This document shows positions 1 to 12,601 of a DNA stretch of 64,000 nt, one piece after another. Under the pieces are notes generated by a model. It worked only from the letters and a program-made list of their open reading frames with translations, was not told the origin of the DNA and searched no databases. Every line of letters starts with the position of its first letter. The stretch's first letter is position 1. Where the stretch lies: the NCBI RefSeq assembly GCF_902459465.1, contig NC_047082.1, positions 12,028,001-12,092,000 of the forward strand, given 5' to 3'. Position numbers and translations under genes: made by a program. This stretch comes from Asterias rubens (Eukaryota).

Positions 1-441
1 TTATAACGAAACGTTTGCCGGGGCAATGCAACATGGTTTTAGGGTGGAGTCCCATTCCTAACCCTTATTTTAAAGGGAATATGTACCATTTTGTTTTCGG
101 AATAGTTTGATTGTTTTATTCCTATACAACTACTGCAAAAGTTCCATTCAAAAAGGTGGTCGTGTTTTTTGGATATTGTCGAAAACCGGAGCACTTCCAT
201 AGGAAGAATAATCCGTCATTGGAATAATACCCAACCTGAGAAACTTTTGACTGTCAGTATCACTTCACAAATTAAAATTTGTGGGGATAAAAACTGATAA
301 ACTTTTCCATAATCACACTGCTTTAAAAAAGATATAATTCTCAAAATGCTTTACACTATCGAAAGCCGCTGTACTTTCTGATCCAAGTAAGTCTTTGTTG
401 CCATTAATTTTTAGAGTGATCATTTAACACCATACCTCCCC

Positions 442-789
442 TTAAAGCCATTATACACTTTCGGAACAGAAAAACAAGTTCACAGATATTTACAAATAAC
501 TTACAGGCTTTACAGAAGGTAATGGTGAAAGACTTCTCTTGAAATATTATTCCATGAAATGCTTTACTTTTTGAGAAAACATTGAAACAATTATCAATTT
601 ATAGTAAACACATGTCATGACACGGCGAAACGTGCGAAAACAAGAGTGGGTTTTCCCGTTATTTTCACCCGACTCCGATGACCGATTGAGCCTAAATTTT
701 CACAGGTTTGTTATTTGATATAGAAGTTGTGATACACAAAGTGTAGGCCTTGGACCATACTGTTTACGGAAAGTGTCCAATGGCTTTAA
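442..789. mobile_element. TTAA-flanked MITE, family D (Kolobok-like)
   Basis: TTAA-AGCCATT...AATGGCT-TTAA termini; inverted second copy at 51617-51974. Confidence 0.8.
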
Positions 790-1160
790 ATGGTCAGTAA
801 TAAATCCAAAAACTAGTGGCAATAAAAAACTTGGTAAGAAGTACAGCAGCTATGGATAGTTAACATGGTGCATTTTGAGAAATTGGTCACTTAAAAAACT
901 GCATTTATAAAAAAAAAATTGACTTTTAATCTCTAAAAATATGAATCTGAGTAGACTTGTGACTGGAAAGCTCTCTGAGATTGTGTATTCAAATTGTAGA
1001 AAATTTCTTCCGGTGTGGACCACTCAAGATGTTCGGCAATGTATCAAACAAAACGTAACCTCCTTAAAAAAATATATTAACAGGTTAGTTTTTTGGTACC
1101 TATAACAATATATGATTGGAACAAACAGTAGGTTCCAATCACCAAATGTTGACAATCCCT

Positions 1161-1867
1161 TTAAAGGGAAGCACTTATTGGTAATTGTCAAAGATTAGTC
1201 TTCTCACTTGGTGTATCTCAACATATGCATAAAATAACAAACCTGTGAAAATTTGAGCTCAATCGGTCGTCGAAGTTGCGAGATAATAATGAAAGTAAAA
1301 ATACCCTTGTCACACGAAGTTGTGTGCTTTCTGATGCTATATTTCGAGACCTCAAGTTCTAAACTTGAGGTTTCGAAATCAAATTCGTGGGAAATTACTT
1401 CTTTCTCGAAAACCACGTCACTTCAGAGGGAGCCATTTCTCACAATGTTTTATACTATCAACCTCTCCCCATTACTTGTATCAAGAAAGGTTTTATGATG
1501 ATAAGTATTTTGAGTAATTACCAATAGAGTCCGTTGCCTTTAAAGGGAAGGTACACGTTTGGTTATTACTCAAAACAAATATTATCATGGAGAGCTGTTG
1601 ATAGTATAAAACATTGTGAGAAACGGCTCACTCTGAAGTAGCGCAGATTTTGAGAAAGAGGTAATTTGTTACTCAAATAATAAAAGACTTCTAGCTAGAA
1701 GTCTTTTATTCCTACCTGAAAGCACACACAAATTCGTTCGACAAGGGCATTTTTCTTTCATCATTTTCTCGCAGCTTCTATGACCAATTGGGCCCAAATT
1801 TTCACAGGCTTCTTATTTTATGGTTATGATGGTCTTTGAAAATTACCAAACGTGTACTTCCCTTTAA
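1161..1867. mobile_element. Two stacked TTAA MITEs (A/B hybrid 1161-1543; family B 1540-1867)
   Basis: TIRs AGGCAGTGGACACTATTGG-type and AGGGAAGGTACACGTTTGG-type, sharing the TTAA at 1540-1543; many near-identical copies in the window. Confidence 0.85.
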
Positions 1868-2002
1868 AAGAAAAAGATACTTGATAATGTTGGAATATTT
1901 GTGATTTGTGTCAAAACAAAAGAACGTGTACAAAGGTTACTGGATGACTGAGTCAAACTGACAGGATGCAATAATGTGCTGGTACCTATCACAAGATACA
2001 TA

Positions 2003-2857
2003 TTAAAGGAATAAGTTGCCTTGGATCGGTCGAGTTGGTCTTTGAAAAGCGTATTTAACCGTTTGTTATAGAATGCATATGATTAAAAAGATATTTTAAA
2101 AGTAGAATATAGTGATCCACACAAGTATCACTCGAAATTACACGGTCGGCCATTTATGGGAGTCAAATTGTTGACTCCCATAAATGGCCGACCGTGTTAG
2201 TTCTCAAAGTAAAATGAAAACCACGTAAATTCGAGGCAAATGTGTGTGGATCATTGTATTCTACTTTTTAAACATCTTTCTACCCATATGCATCTTATAA
2301 CAAACGGTTACAAACATTTTTCAAAGACCAACTCGACCAATCCAAGGCAACGTGTTCCTTTAAAGGGTTTGATACATTTTGTAAATACAATTTGTGACCA
2401 TGACATGAATCCATATTCACTGTGAATGAAGATGTTTGTAATATCATTTATCTGTAGATGTTTCAGCCCCATTAGAAAACAACATAAAAGGAATAACAGG
2501 TTGTCCTGGTTAAGGGGCGCGTGGGGTATGTTGATTTGCACAAAAAATCACAGAAGTATTTTTGCTTTTCTTCCAACCTTGTTCTCCATGCTGTGCCCAA
2601 ATTTTCAGTCAAAAATATTCAGCTCAGTTTTAAGAGTGCCGGCTCGTTAATGCTCGACAATTTGAAGTAAATTATTCTTAATCTTTCGATTGTTTAAACC
2701 CTATATTTATGAAGGTGTATGCAATAACCCTACCATGTGAAATCTTAATTTTGAAAGATTGTCACTATTTTGAGATATGGCCGTAAATCCAGAGCTGATT
2801 GTCTCTGCTGTAGGCTTCTAACCAAATGTGATTGCCAAACGTGTACCTTCCCTTTAA
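2003..2857. mobile_element. Two stacked TTAA MITEs (family C 2003-2363; a further element 2360-2857)
   Basis: Family C TIR AGGAACACGTTGCCTTGGATCGG; shared TTAA at 2360-2363; distal TTAA at 2854-2857. Confidence 0.75.
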
Positions 2858-3040
2858 AAAAAAATATTAACAACAAAAATCAAAAGAAATACTGGCTTTT
2901 GGAGATGCTCACATCAAGATGGGCATACTTCTAAAAATGTTTAATACTACCAAAATAATTTGATTGCCATTAATTTATAAGTGATAACGATTACCTTCCC
3001 TTAAAATGAAATATTATCAACAATTATCAACAAATCTTAC

Positions 3041-6000
3041 CAAGTATACAAGAAACACCGGGTTTAGGAGATGATCATGTATCTGAGGTGCTGATAATCT
3101 AGTATTGTTCTGTGGAAAAAAACAAAACGAATGACAGGGAGGCCATTTTAGTTAGATGATGGCTTTTTATAGTACATAGAATAGTGTAATAATATAACTA
3201 CCAGTAGCTTGTATAAAGCGCACTTTACAAAGTACGCTTTACTTAGTGCCCTTGTCATAGGGCCATAACATTCATGCAATCTTTCCCAGTTCCCTGGGGA
3301 GTAGCCACAAACAATTTTCCTACACAATAATAACCTCTCCCCTCGCAGGTACCTACTTATACCCCTGGGTGAAAAGAAGCAATTACAGAAAAGCTTTTTA
3401 CTCAAGGAGTGTCATAACCGGGATTCAAATCAACACACCGAAGACTTAGAGGCAGTGGACACTATTGGTAATTACTCAAAATAATTATTAGTATAAAACC
3501 TTACTTGGTAACGAGTAATGGGGAGAGGTCGATGGTATAAAACATTCTGAGATACAGCTCCCTCTGAAGTGGTGTAGTTTTTAAGAAAGAAGTTATTTTC
3601 CACGCATTTGATTTTGAGACCTCAAAACTACATTTTGAGGTCCCGATATCAAGCATTTGGACGCATACAACTTGGTGTGACAAGGGTGTTATGATTATCT
3701 TGCAATTTCGACGACCAATTGAGCTCAAACTTTCACAGGTTGGTTAGTTTATGCATCAATGAGATACACCAAGTGAGAAGACTGGTCTTTGACATCTACC
3801 AATAGTGTCCACTGTCTTTAATTCCATTGAGTAAATGGAATTCTTTTGATACATTTTTTGCAGCAAGTTGTTTGACTTACCTGGGATGAAAAGACAACGA
3901 TGAGGAAAGCACCAACGATAATTAAATAAGTTCCTAACAAGAAAAAGAAAATTAAACCAAATAAACAGAGCACTATTTATTTATTTTGTATATTTATTCG
4001 TTATTATAATGTGCATTTAAAGGTATTTTACAAGATTTATCGAGCTGACAAGATATTATCAAACAGTATTCATGTTTTGTGTGATCATTTATAAACATGA
4101 AGTAACAAACAAATGAACATTTGGGAAGGTAGTAATAGAAGTAAGAGAAGTTTATAAAGCGCAAAAACAATAACAGAAAGAATCCGCCTCAAGGTACATC
4201 GTAGGCCTACATTTTATAACCGCTAACTTTTATAGGATTTGAGGCACTGTACATGGTGAGGTATCAATGTTGAGGCACTGTACATGGTGAGGTATCAATG
4301 TTGAGGCACTGTACATGGTGAGGTAGGATTTGAGGCACTGTACATGGTGAGGTATCAATGTTTATATAACACCCAAGCAGATCCTTGAGGCACTGTACAT
4401 GGTGAGGTATCAATGTTTATATAACACCCAAGCAGATCCTTGAGGCACTGTACATGGTGAGGTATCAATGTTTATATAACACCCAAGCAGATCCTTGCCA
4501 TTTGATTGCAGGATGGTCCGTCACGTGATAGCAAATAAAAGTACCATTGCACGCTGAGTCACTCACCTTGTTTTTTCCTTTCCATCCGAAAAGTACTATT
4601 GCACGCTGCAGCGTGCAGTTAGTACTTTTCGGATGGAACGAAAAAGCTGGAAAAAAATGTCTTTGGTAACACAGTGTTACTGCAAGGCATATTAGTAAAA
4701 TTACTAGCATTCGGCTTCTGCGTGTCTCAAAATAGCTGAACAGACTGCACATTGTGACTGTTGAATCCAACAGGCCGACCCAAAGAGAAACGGGTGTAAA
4801 TTCACAATTAAAAATTGTAGGCCTACGCTTTGTTTGTTTTGAAAGTTGTATCTTCTAATCAAAATGACAAAGATCTACTTTGATGTTATATAAAACAAAT
4901 AATGAATGTTTTTCATTCGTGCAATAGTGCAAATATTTTCATTCGTTGAAAGCTGGAATATTCCATTCAACTCGGCTCCGCCTCGTTGAATAGAACATTC
5001 CATCTTTCAACTCATGAACATATTCGCACCATTGCACTCATAAACATTCATTATGTGTATAATATTGGTTTGCGGTAACGCCATGTGTGTACATCCACTT
5101 GCCAGGTAGAGTTTGTTCTTAGAGAAATGTCTTGCTTATTCTACTACCGCAGAGTAGATGTTGGGGGGTTCGGGAGACTTCTAAATTCTGAAAAGAACTG
5201 TCCTGCTTTTTTTAAACTATTACCCGGGCGGATGGTATAGAAAATAGGCTGGGACTACCGATAATAACTTTTAGTTCGAAGTACAGGCAGCTCTCAATTG
5301 TGTTTCTTTAAACAATTTTGAGAAACATTTAACTTTGAAGTAGTGTGGTTATGTTTGCAGTTTTTTAATAAACCATGAATAATAATAAATAATCAACCAT
5401 TAAAGGGAAGGTACATGTTTGGTAATTGTCAAAGACCAGTCTTCTCACTTGGTGTATCCCATCATAACCATAAAATAACAAGCCTGTGAAAATTTGGGCT
5501 CAATTGGTCATCGAAGTTGTGAGAAAATTATGAAAGTAAAAACACCCTTGTTGAACGAATTTGTGTGCTTTCAAATAAATAAGAATAAAAAACTTCTAGC
5601 TAGAAGTCTTTTATTATTTTATTGAGAAATTACCTCTTTCTCAAAAACTACATTACTTCACAGGGAGTCGTTTCCCACAATGTTTTATACTATCAGCAGC
5701 TCTCCACTGCTCGTTGCCAAGTCAGTTTTTAAGTTAATATTTGTTTTGAGTAATTACCAAACGTGTACCTTCCCTTTAAACAGAAGAGATAAATCTTCTC
5801 TTAGTATAATTGTCAACTAAAACAGTTTAAATAGATTATAAAACCACGAGTTCCCATTTTGATTTTCGTCTCTTTTAATTTGGATTCTGGTTTTGTAATC
5901 GAATCCCGGTCCAGTAAAGATTCTAGGCTACAAGTCCTGCGGTCTTCTGGTCTTGGATTCCCCCAAAAAACAAACCTATAGGTACATGTAGCTTAAAGGC

Positions 6001-7590
6001 AGTGGACACTATTGGTAATTACTCAAAATAATTATCAGCATAAAACCTCACTTGGTATTGAGTAATAGGGAGAGGTTGATAGTATAAAACATTGTGAGAA
6101 ACGGCTCCCTCTGAAGTATCATAGTTTTCGAGAAAGAAGTAATTTTCCACGAAGTTGATTTCGAGACCTAAGTTTAGAATTTGAGGTCTTGAAATCAAGC
6201 ATCTGAAACTTTGTGTGACAGTGGTGTTTTTTCTTTCATAGTTATCTCGCAACTCCGACGACCAATCGAGCTCAAATTTTCACAGGTTTGTTTATTTATG
6301 CATATGCTGAGATACACGAAGTGAGAAGACTGGTCTTTGACAATTACCAATAGTGTCCAGTGTCTTTAAAGACTGTCTGTGATGGACAAATTTGTATCTA
6401 AATTAAACAGAGATTTTCTCAGGAAATAGTGTGAAAGTGGCAAACAAGCCTATTGAATAAATCGAAAGGAGGGAGAAAACCACCAAATGTTATCTTATTT
6501 GATTTGTCAACGTTACACAGTTAACAATTGCTGACCCGAAACTCAACTCACCTAATATATCTCGAGATCGTAGTTTTTCACCCAAGAAGACAATTGCGAT
6601 GTAAACATTTGCTGCAAGACAAGAAGAAAAACATTGATAGTTAGTTTTTATCAGGTTTTAATACTACAAAATGAATACAACTACACGTACATGGCTGAAC
6701 TCAAGGCCTATAAATCAAAGGTTTTCGAAATGTGCTTATATTAAGACTTTGTACATTTAAACAAATACACTTTTTATTCATTGCATGAATTTTATACGAA
6801 TAAGCAAATGGAGGCAAACAAATTATAAAATACACATTTTGAGACTTAAATCTACAGTTTTTCTGTCAAGTATTTGTAGTGAGAGAAGTTTGTTTGTATT
6901 ATTCCCATAGTTTGCATTTTTGAATGACCTGAAAAGTTAGTGCAAAAAAAACTTTTATACTTGTCCTCATTAAAAAAAAGTAAAAAATTATGGCCCCGAG
7001 AAAATGAAATAAACACAATTATCATCATTAAGCTTACCAACAACAGTGGTTGTGCCTAACGGGGCAACCACCGACGCCGGGCCGAAACCGTACGCCATAA
7101 AGTTGCCGATTTCACCAACCACCATCATGAAGATACCGAGCCACCATAACTTGCTGGTTAGGTAGGCGTGGCTGGTCTCTGCATGGAAGCCTTGGTTTTC
7201 TAGTCTCGTCAAGGCATATTTCTATAAGCAAAAAAAAACAACATTTTGAAGTTACCATATCTATTAAATGTCATCAATTTAGAGTTGGAATTTTTTTGCG
7301 TTTGAAAAGGGTGAGGCCATTTTCATTTCTATTTGATACTGACAGTAACACTTCTCAGACTGAGGCATGAAAACTGTTATTTTATTACATAACCACACTA
7401 TGGAAGTGGTGTTTCTCAAACTGCTTTCACACCATCTAAAGCCATGCCTCAGTGGCCCCAGGGCCCAATTTCAAAGAGCTGCTAAGCTGGCGATTAGAAT
7501 TGTAACCTGATAAAATCTTACCTGTACGTTCATGGAAATACTGATGAGTAAATTACCACCGATGGCTAAACAAGCACCGATGATGATCAT
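3041..7590 (-). CDS. NIPAL2: NIPA-like (NIPAL2/NIPAL3 family) magnesium transporter, 5 internal coding exons; remaining 3' exons not found in 1-3040
   Basis: Phase-compatible GT-AG exons 7522-7590 (MIIIGACLAIGGNLLISISMNVQ), 7038-7221 (KYALTRL...SKLWWLGIFMMVVGEIGNFMAYGFGPASVVAPLGTTTVV), 6552-6611 (ANVYIAIVFLGEKLRSRDILG), 3881-3933 (TYLIIVGAFLIVVFSSQ), 3041-3109 (NNTRLSAPQIHDHLLNPVFLVYL). Matches the remembered NIPAL2/3 signature GNL.ISISLN.QKY...WW.G..LM..GE.GNF.AYGFAP...APLG. Probably co-orthologous to both vertebrate genes. Confidence 0.92.
3446..3821. mobile_element. TTAA MITE family A
   Basis: TIR AGGCAGTGGACACTATTGGTA...CCAATAGTGTCCACTGTCT-TTAA. Confidence 0.85.
4241..4496. repeat. Compound minisatellite (31-bp and 55-bp units)
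   Basis: Six copies of gaggcactgtacatggtgaggta; the last three are extended by tcaatgtttatataacacccaagcagatcctt. Confidence 0.9.
5400..5779. mobile_element. TTAA MITE family B
   Basis: TTAA-AGGGAAGGTACA...TGTACCTTCCCT-TTAA. Confidence 0.85.
5993..6369. mobile_element. TTAA MITE family A
   Basis: TTAA-AGGCAGTGGACAC...GTGTCCAGTGTCT-TTAA. Confidence 0.88.
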
Positions 7591-7658
7591 CTAAATTAAA
7601 GCAAAAGATTACACAAATTTTAGGATAACAATCTTAACCAAAGTTATGGAAATCTGCT

Positions 7659-8048
7659 TTAAAGACACTGGAAACTATTGGTAATTGTCAAAAACTAACC
7701 TTGGTGTATCTCAACATTTTTTGAATGCATAAAATAACAAACCTGTGAAAATTTGAGCTCAATCGGTCCTGGAAGTTGCGAGATAATAATGAAAGAAAAA
7801 AAAAACACCCTTGTCACACGAAGCTGTGTGCTTTCAGATGCTTGATTTCGAGACCTCAAATTCAAAATCTGAGGTCTCAAAATCAAATGCTTGGAAAATT
7901 ACTTCTTTCTCAAAAAACTACATTACTTCAGAGGGAGCCGTTTCTCACAAAGTTTTATACTATCAACCTCTCCCCATTACTCATTACCGAGAAAGGTATT
8001 ATGCTAATAATTATTTTGAGTAATTACCAATAGTGTCCACTGCCTTAA
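7659..8048. mobile_element. TTAA MITE family A
   Basis: Same consensus in opposite orientation; TTAA at both ends. Confidence 0.85.
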
Positions 8049-9752
8049 GCAGGGTCCATACTTCATGCAAATTGCAAAAACAAAACTATTTTTGAACAGT
8101 ACTTTTGAACAAGCTGTAATTGTCCCTTTTTGAACAGTATTTTTGACATTGTTTCTAACTTTTGTACGTCTCATCTTTTTTTACAGGTTGTTTAACATTC
8201 TAACTTTTTGTCAGCTTTCAGTATTAATTTTCTAGTTTCTTTATTTTACTGTGTAATGCTTTGCTTTGTATACACATGTAAATAAATCTGGTCCAAACTT
8301 TTATTGTGTTACTTTTCCTGCACTTTGAGGCAAAATCTTTCTGCTATTGTTTTGTGCTTCATAAATGGTTCCTTATTATTATTATTTGTATAATTGTCAA
8401 ATTAACTTTTAATTGAATTGTGTAAATTTAGACACTATTAAATCTTCTGATGATTAATGTACCTCTATATAATTAATGTCATATGGCTTGTCTGTTATTG
8501 TGGCGATAACTTTTTACGGTCATGCTAATATTAATTTATATACTGTTTTTACTAACTGGCATTTTATTACACAGCTATATTATTTATAGTGTTTTTTAAT
8601 ATAAAAAAAGTTATGTTTTGGTAAGCAATGGGGTTGCAGTCGTTTGAGAAGCTGCCTAGAAGTTTCACTACATCAATAGGAAGTTACGTTATTATCATTA
8701 TGAAGTAAAGGAAAGTTATAAAACAAAATACATAATAATAGTGGCTTCTTATATTATAGCGTTCAGGTCTGCACTCAGTGACGCTCATGGCGCTTCAGCA
8801 TTATTACCCCTGGTCACTTTGAAATTTACAGGCAAAGAATAACTTTGGTTTGTGGATTTTGTGGATAAAATTGTTCTAATCCTATAGGCCTAAATGTATG
8901 CCAAGAAGAAAACTACATTGTGTGTGTAAACGTGCTTTTGTTACACGTAACCAACCTTTATTTGACCTCTGACCCAAAGTGAAAAAGTAAAACAATTTTT
9001 TTTTCATTTTTAAACTAAGGTCAGTTAATGAATGTTATTTATGAATGAAAAAAGTACACACGTATCATTTTAAAGACAGAGGACAGATATAAAGTAGAGA
9101 ATTTCCCATTTTTGTGTAACACACGTAACGCGCGAATGGCCCAAAAGATGGTTGCAGAAAGAAAAATCCAAGAGATTAAAATTTTAGTGCATTTAACAAC
9201 TGATATCTTTTAAAAATACCACATTTTTTAATTGAAGTGAAATGCTTCTCAAAATGCTGTATATATAGACCTTTATCACGGTGTGGCTATCTTAATTTTA
9301 CTGGACGAAATAGTAGTCTGGTGCCATTTTTGCGCAACGAATGTTAGCATTCATTACTGTTACTGTAAGCAAGGAACATGACCAAGATGATAAGAACATG
9401 ATAAAAAGGTCTATTTGTATACTATCAAAAGCTGCTTTAAGGCCGGTTTATAGTCGGCTGCGAGATGGAAATCTTGCGCGCAATCCTAAGAGTGAGGCCG
9501 AAAAACTGGGTCTTTTTATGATTGCTCGTCAAGATTTCCATCGCGCGACTGTCTATAAACCGGCCTTTAGGCTTCTAACCAAAAGTTTGTATTGTCATTA
9601 TTTCAAGAGTGATACCATTCCTTTAAGCATGCTTTTTGATATGTAAGTATTGTTTACAATATTAATGTCATGTTTGTCGTACAAGTTTTCTGTTTTCGGC
9701 CATGTTGGTCCTTCAGCACTAAAGCAGGTTTGTCTATGAACAAAATGTAAAA

Positions 9753-9877
9753 TGTAGATTTACTGAGGACCCAGAGATCCCATTTCAGTGCAGCTTGTCA
9801 TGTGCCAGTGTGTTGTAGATTTACTGAGGACCCAGAGATCCCATTTCAGTGCAGCTTGTCATGTGCCAGTGTGTTGT
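9753..9877. repeat. Perfect tandem duplication, 61-bp unit x2
   Basis: tgtagatttactgaggaccc... at 9753 and 9814. Confidence 0.9.
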
Positions 9878-9953
9878 TCACAACATTAGTTACACCTTTG
9901 CTGAGATATACTGGTAGCCTCTGGTACAATGGAGGGTCCTATAGACATGCTCA

Positions 9954-10349
9954 TTAAAGGAACACGTTGCCTTGGATCGGACGAGTTGGTCTATAAAAAG
10001 CGTTTGTGACTGGTTTTTTTTATATAAATTGCATATGGTTGGAAAGATGTTTTAAAAGTAGAATACAATGATCCACACAAGTTTGCCTCAAAATTGCGTG
10101 GTTTTCCTGTTATTGTGCGAACTAACACGGTCGGCCAGATATGGGAGTCAAAATGTTGACTCCCATAAATGGCCGACCGTGTTAGTCGACGAGGTAAAAG
10201 GAAAACCGTGCAATTTCGAGGCATGTTTGTGTGGATCATTGTATTATACTTTTACAACATCTTTCTACCCATATGCATTTTATAAAAAAACGGTTACAAA
10301 CGCTCTTCAAAGACCAACTCGACCGATCCAAGGCAACGTGTTCCTTTAA
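9954..10349. mobile_element. TTAA MITE family C (full length)
   Basis: TTAA-AGGAACACGTTGCCTTGGATCGG...CCGATCCAAGGCAACGTGTTCCT-TTAA, with a central hairpin. Confidence 0.9.
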
Positions 10350-11117
10350 TTGTCCAAACCTGCTCAGTGCTCAGTCTATAGACATCTAGTATTGATGACT
10401 TTGTACAGATTGCCTTATGAATGACAAGCCCCCCTTGTTTCCCATTCAATTCTGGGTAAATCTCAGACTATTGTGTGGGCTGTAGAGTTGGATGGTTAGA
10501 GGAATGTGTACACAGTGGTTTGGAAAAGAGGGTTCTCCCTCAAAGGATCTGGGTAGCCTACTTTTTGTAGGACACATACCCCAGATGTGGGGCAACAGAT
10601 CTACGGATCATAGTATGTATTTGCTTTTGTTGTCCCTTGCCCATCTTGGGGTATAATGTTGTCAATGTATTTTGTTTTGTACTGTTATGGCGAATAAAAT
10701 AATAATAATAATAATAATACATGTACATGTAACACAGAATGTCCACAGATTTACATTAAACTGACATGGTTTCAAATCCTACTCAAACTGACATGGTTTG
10801 AAGATAATGATTGGTCAGAAGCTTCCCTTCACATATTACTTGGCCGAGGTGCTGTTATTTTTGAGAAATTCGAAAAACAAGGAAATTAAGTCACAACAAT
10901 GATTTTAGCATGTATTTTCGTGACAATGTTTTACTCATTTCTAAAAGACTACAGCACCTCAGCAAGCAGTATTTAAAGAGAAGCAAGGAGATAAGACCAG
11001 GATTGTAGTGGGCGTGGCTTACATCACTGCAATTTACACTCAAGATTATGTAACACCTCACAATATGTCATAACTCAGTGACCCCCTCAAGCCAGTCCAT
11101 TGCTCTAATGCTCTATT

Positions 11118-11506
11118 TTAAAGACACTAGACACTATTGGTAATTGTCAAAGACCAGTCTTCTCACTTGGTGTTTCTCAACATATATGCATAAAATAACA
11201 AACCTGTGAATATTTGAGCTCAATCGGTCGTCGCAGTTGCGAGATATTAATGAAAGAAAAAAACAACACTTGTCACACGAAGTTGTGTGCTTTCAGATGC
11301 TTGACTTGGAGACCTCAAATTCTAAATCTGAGGTCTCAAAATCAAATTTGTGGAAAATTACTTCTTTCTTGAAAACTACGTCACTTCAGAGAGGGAGCCG
11401 TTTCTCACAATGTTTTATACTATCAACCTCTCCCCATTACTTGTTATCAATTGAGGTTTTATGCTGCTCATTATTTTGAGTTACCAGTAGTGTCCACTGC
11501 CTTTAA
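11118..11506. mobile_element. TTAA MITE family A
   Basis: TIRs and TTAA at both ends; matches other copies. Confidence 0.85.
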
Positions 11507-12221
11507 ACATACAAAAGAAGGCTTTAAATTAAAATTAAAAAAATTAAGAATGAACAAAAATGAAAATTGCTTGCAGAGTGGGTGGGTCATTGAAAGAAGA
11601 CTTGAAAAAACACCTTTTTGGTTTTTTTGGGGGGCGGGGCAAGGAGATAAGACCAGGATTGTAGTGGGCATGGCTTACAGTACATCATACTTTACAAACA
11701 AGATTATGTAACACCTCACAATGTATGTCATAATTACTCAGTGACCCCCTCAAGCCAGTCCATGCTCCATGCTCTATTAAAACACACACACATTATGAAC
11801 ATACTACAAAGAGTAGGTCCCCTAAAGTAATTAATTAATCAAGACAAAGGGACTAATGAAAAGTTTTCCCAAGGTTTTCATTAGGTAAGGGGATGATGCA
11901 TCAACGGACATCATTAGTTGTCGAAATTAAATTCCAATCCATGAGACCAAGACATGCGGTAATCTTTAAGTGAAGGAAAGTGCGGCAAGTTAGTTTCTAA
12001 GGAAACAGTGTGTTTGTACATGTAGGGCTAAATGTTTATCAAAGCTAGCATCTTAAACATATCAAAGCTAGCATCTTAAACACTGCCGCTATATTCCAAT
12101 CACAATTTTCCTACGATGTCTCAAAAGTGCCAATCATTTGTTTAGGACAGGCTTTTTTAAAGTATTTGAAAAACCTTGTTTGCATTAGAGATTAAATTAT
12201 TGTAACCTTTGGTAATCTTTC

Positions 12222-12601
12222 TTAAAGGCAGTGGACACTATGGGTAATTACTCAAAATAATTATGAGCATAAAACCTTTCTTGGTGATGAGTAAAGGGGA
12301 GAGGTTGATGGTATAAAACATTGTGAGAAATGGCTCCCCCTAAAGTGCCATAGTTTTCGAGAAAGAGGTAATTTTCCACAAATTTGATTTCGAGACCTCA
12401 AGTTTAGAACTTGAAGTCTCGAAATCAACTATCTAAACGCACACAACTTCTTGTGACAAGGGTATTTTTTCTTTCATTATTATCTTGCAAGTTCGATGAC
12501 CGATTGAGCTCAAATTTTCACAGGTTTGTTATTTTAGGCACTTGTTGAGATACACCAACTGTGAGTCTTTGACAATTACCAATAGTGTCCACTGCCTTTA
12601 A
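12222..12601. mobile_element. TTAA MITE family A
   Basis: TIRs and TTAA at both ends; matches other copies. Confidence 0.88.

Noticed and set aside
1204-1498. Recurrent short ORFs (MSSIGRR..., MRDNN..., MIHT...) at many loci
   Set aside because: All fall within MITE copies. They recur because the repeat recurs, and stops and frameshifts differ between copies.
1-3040. Further NIPAL exons
   Set aside because: Candidate AG/GT pairs near 1985 and 2995 gave early stops in the required phase. The next exon is probably outside the window, or I missed it.
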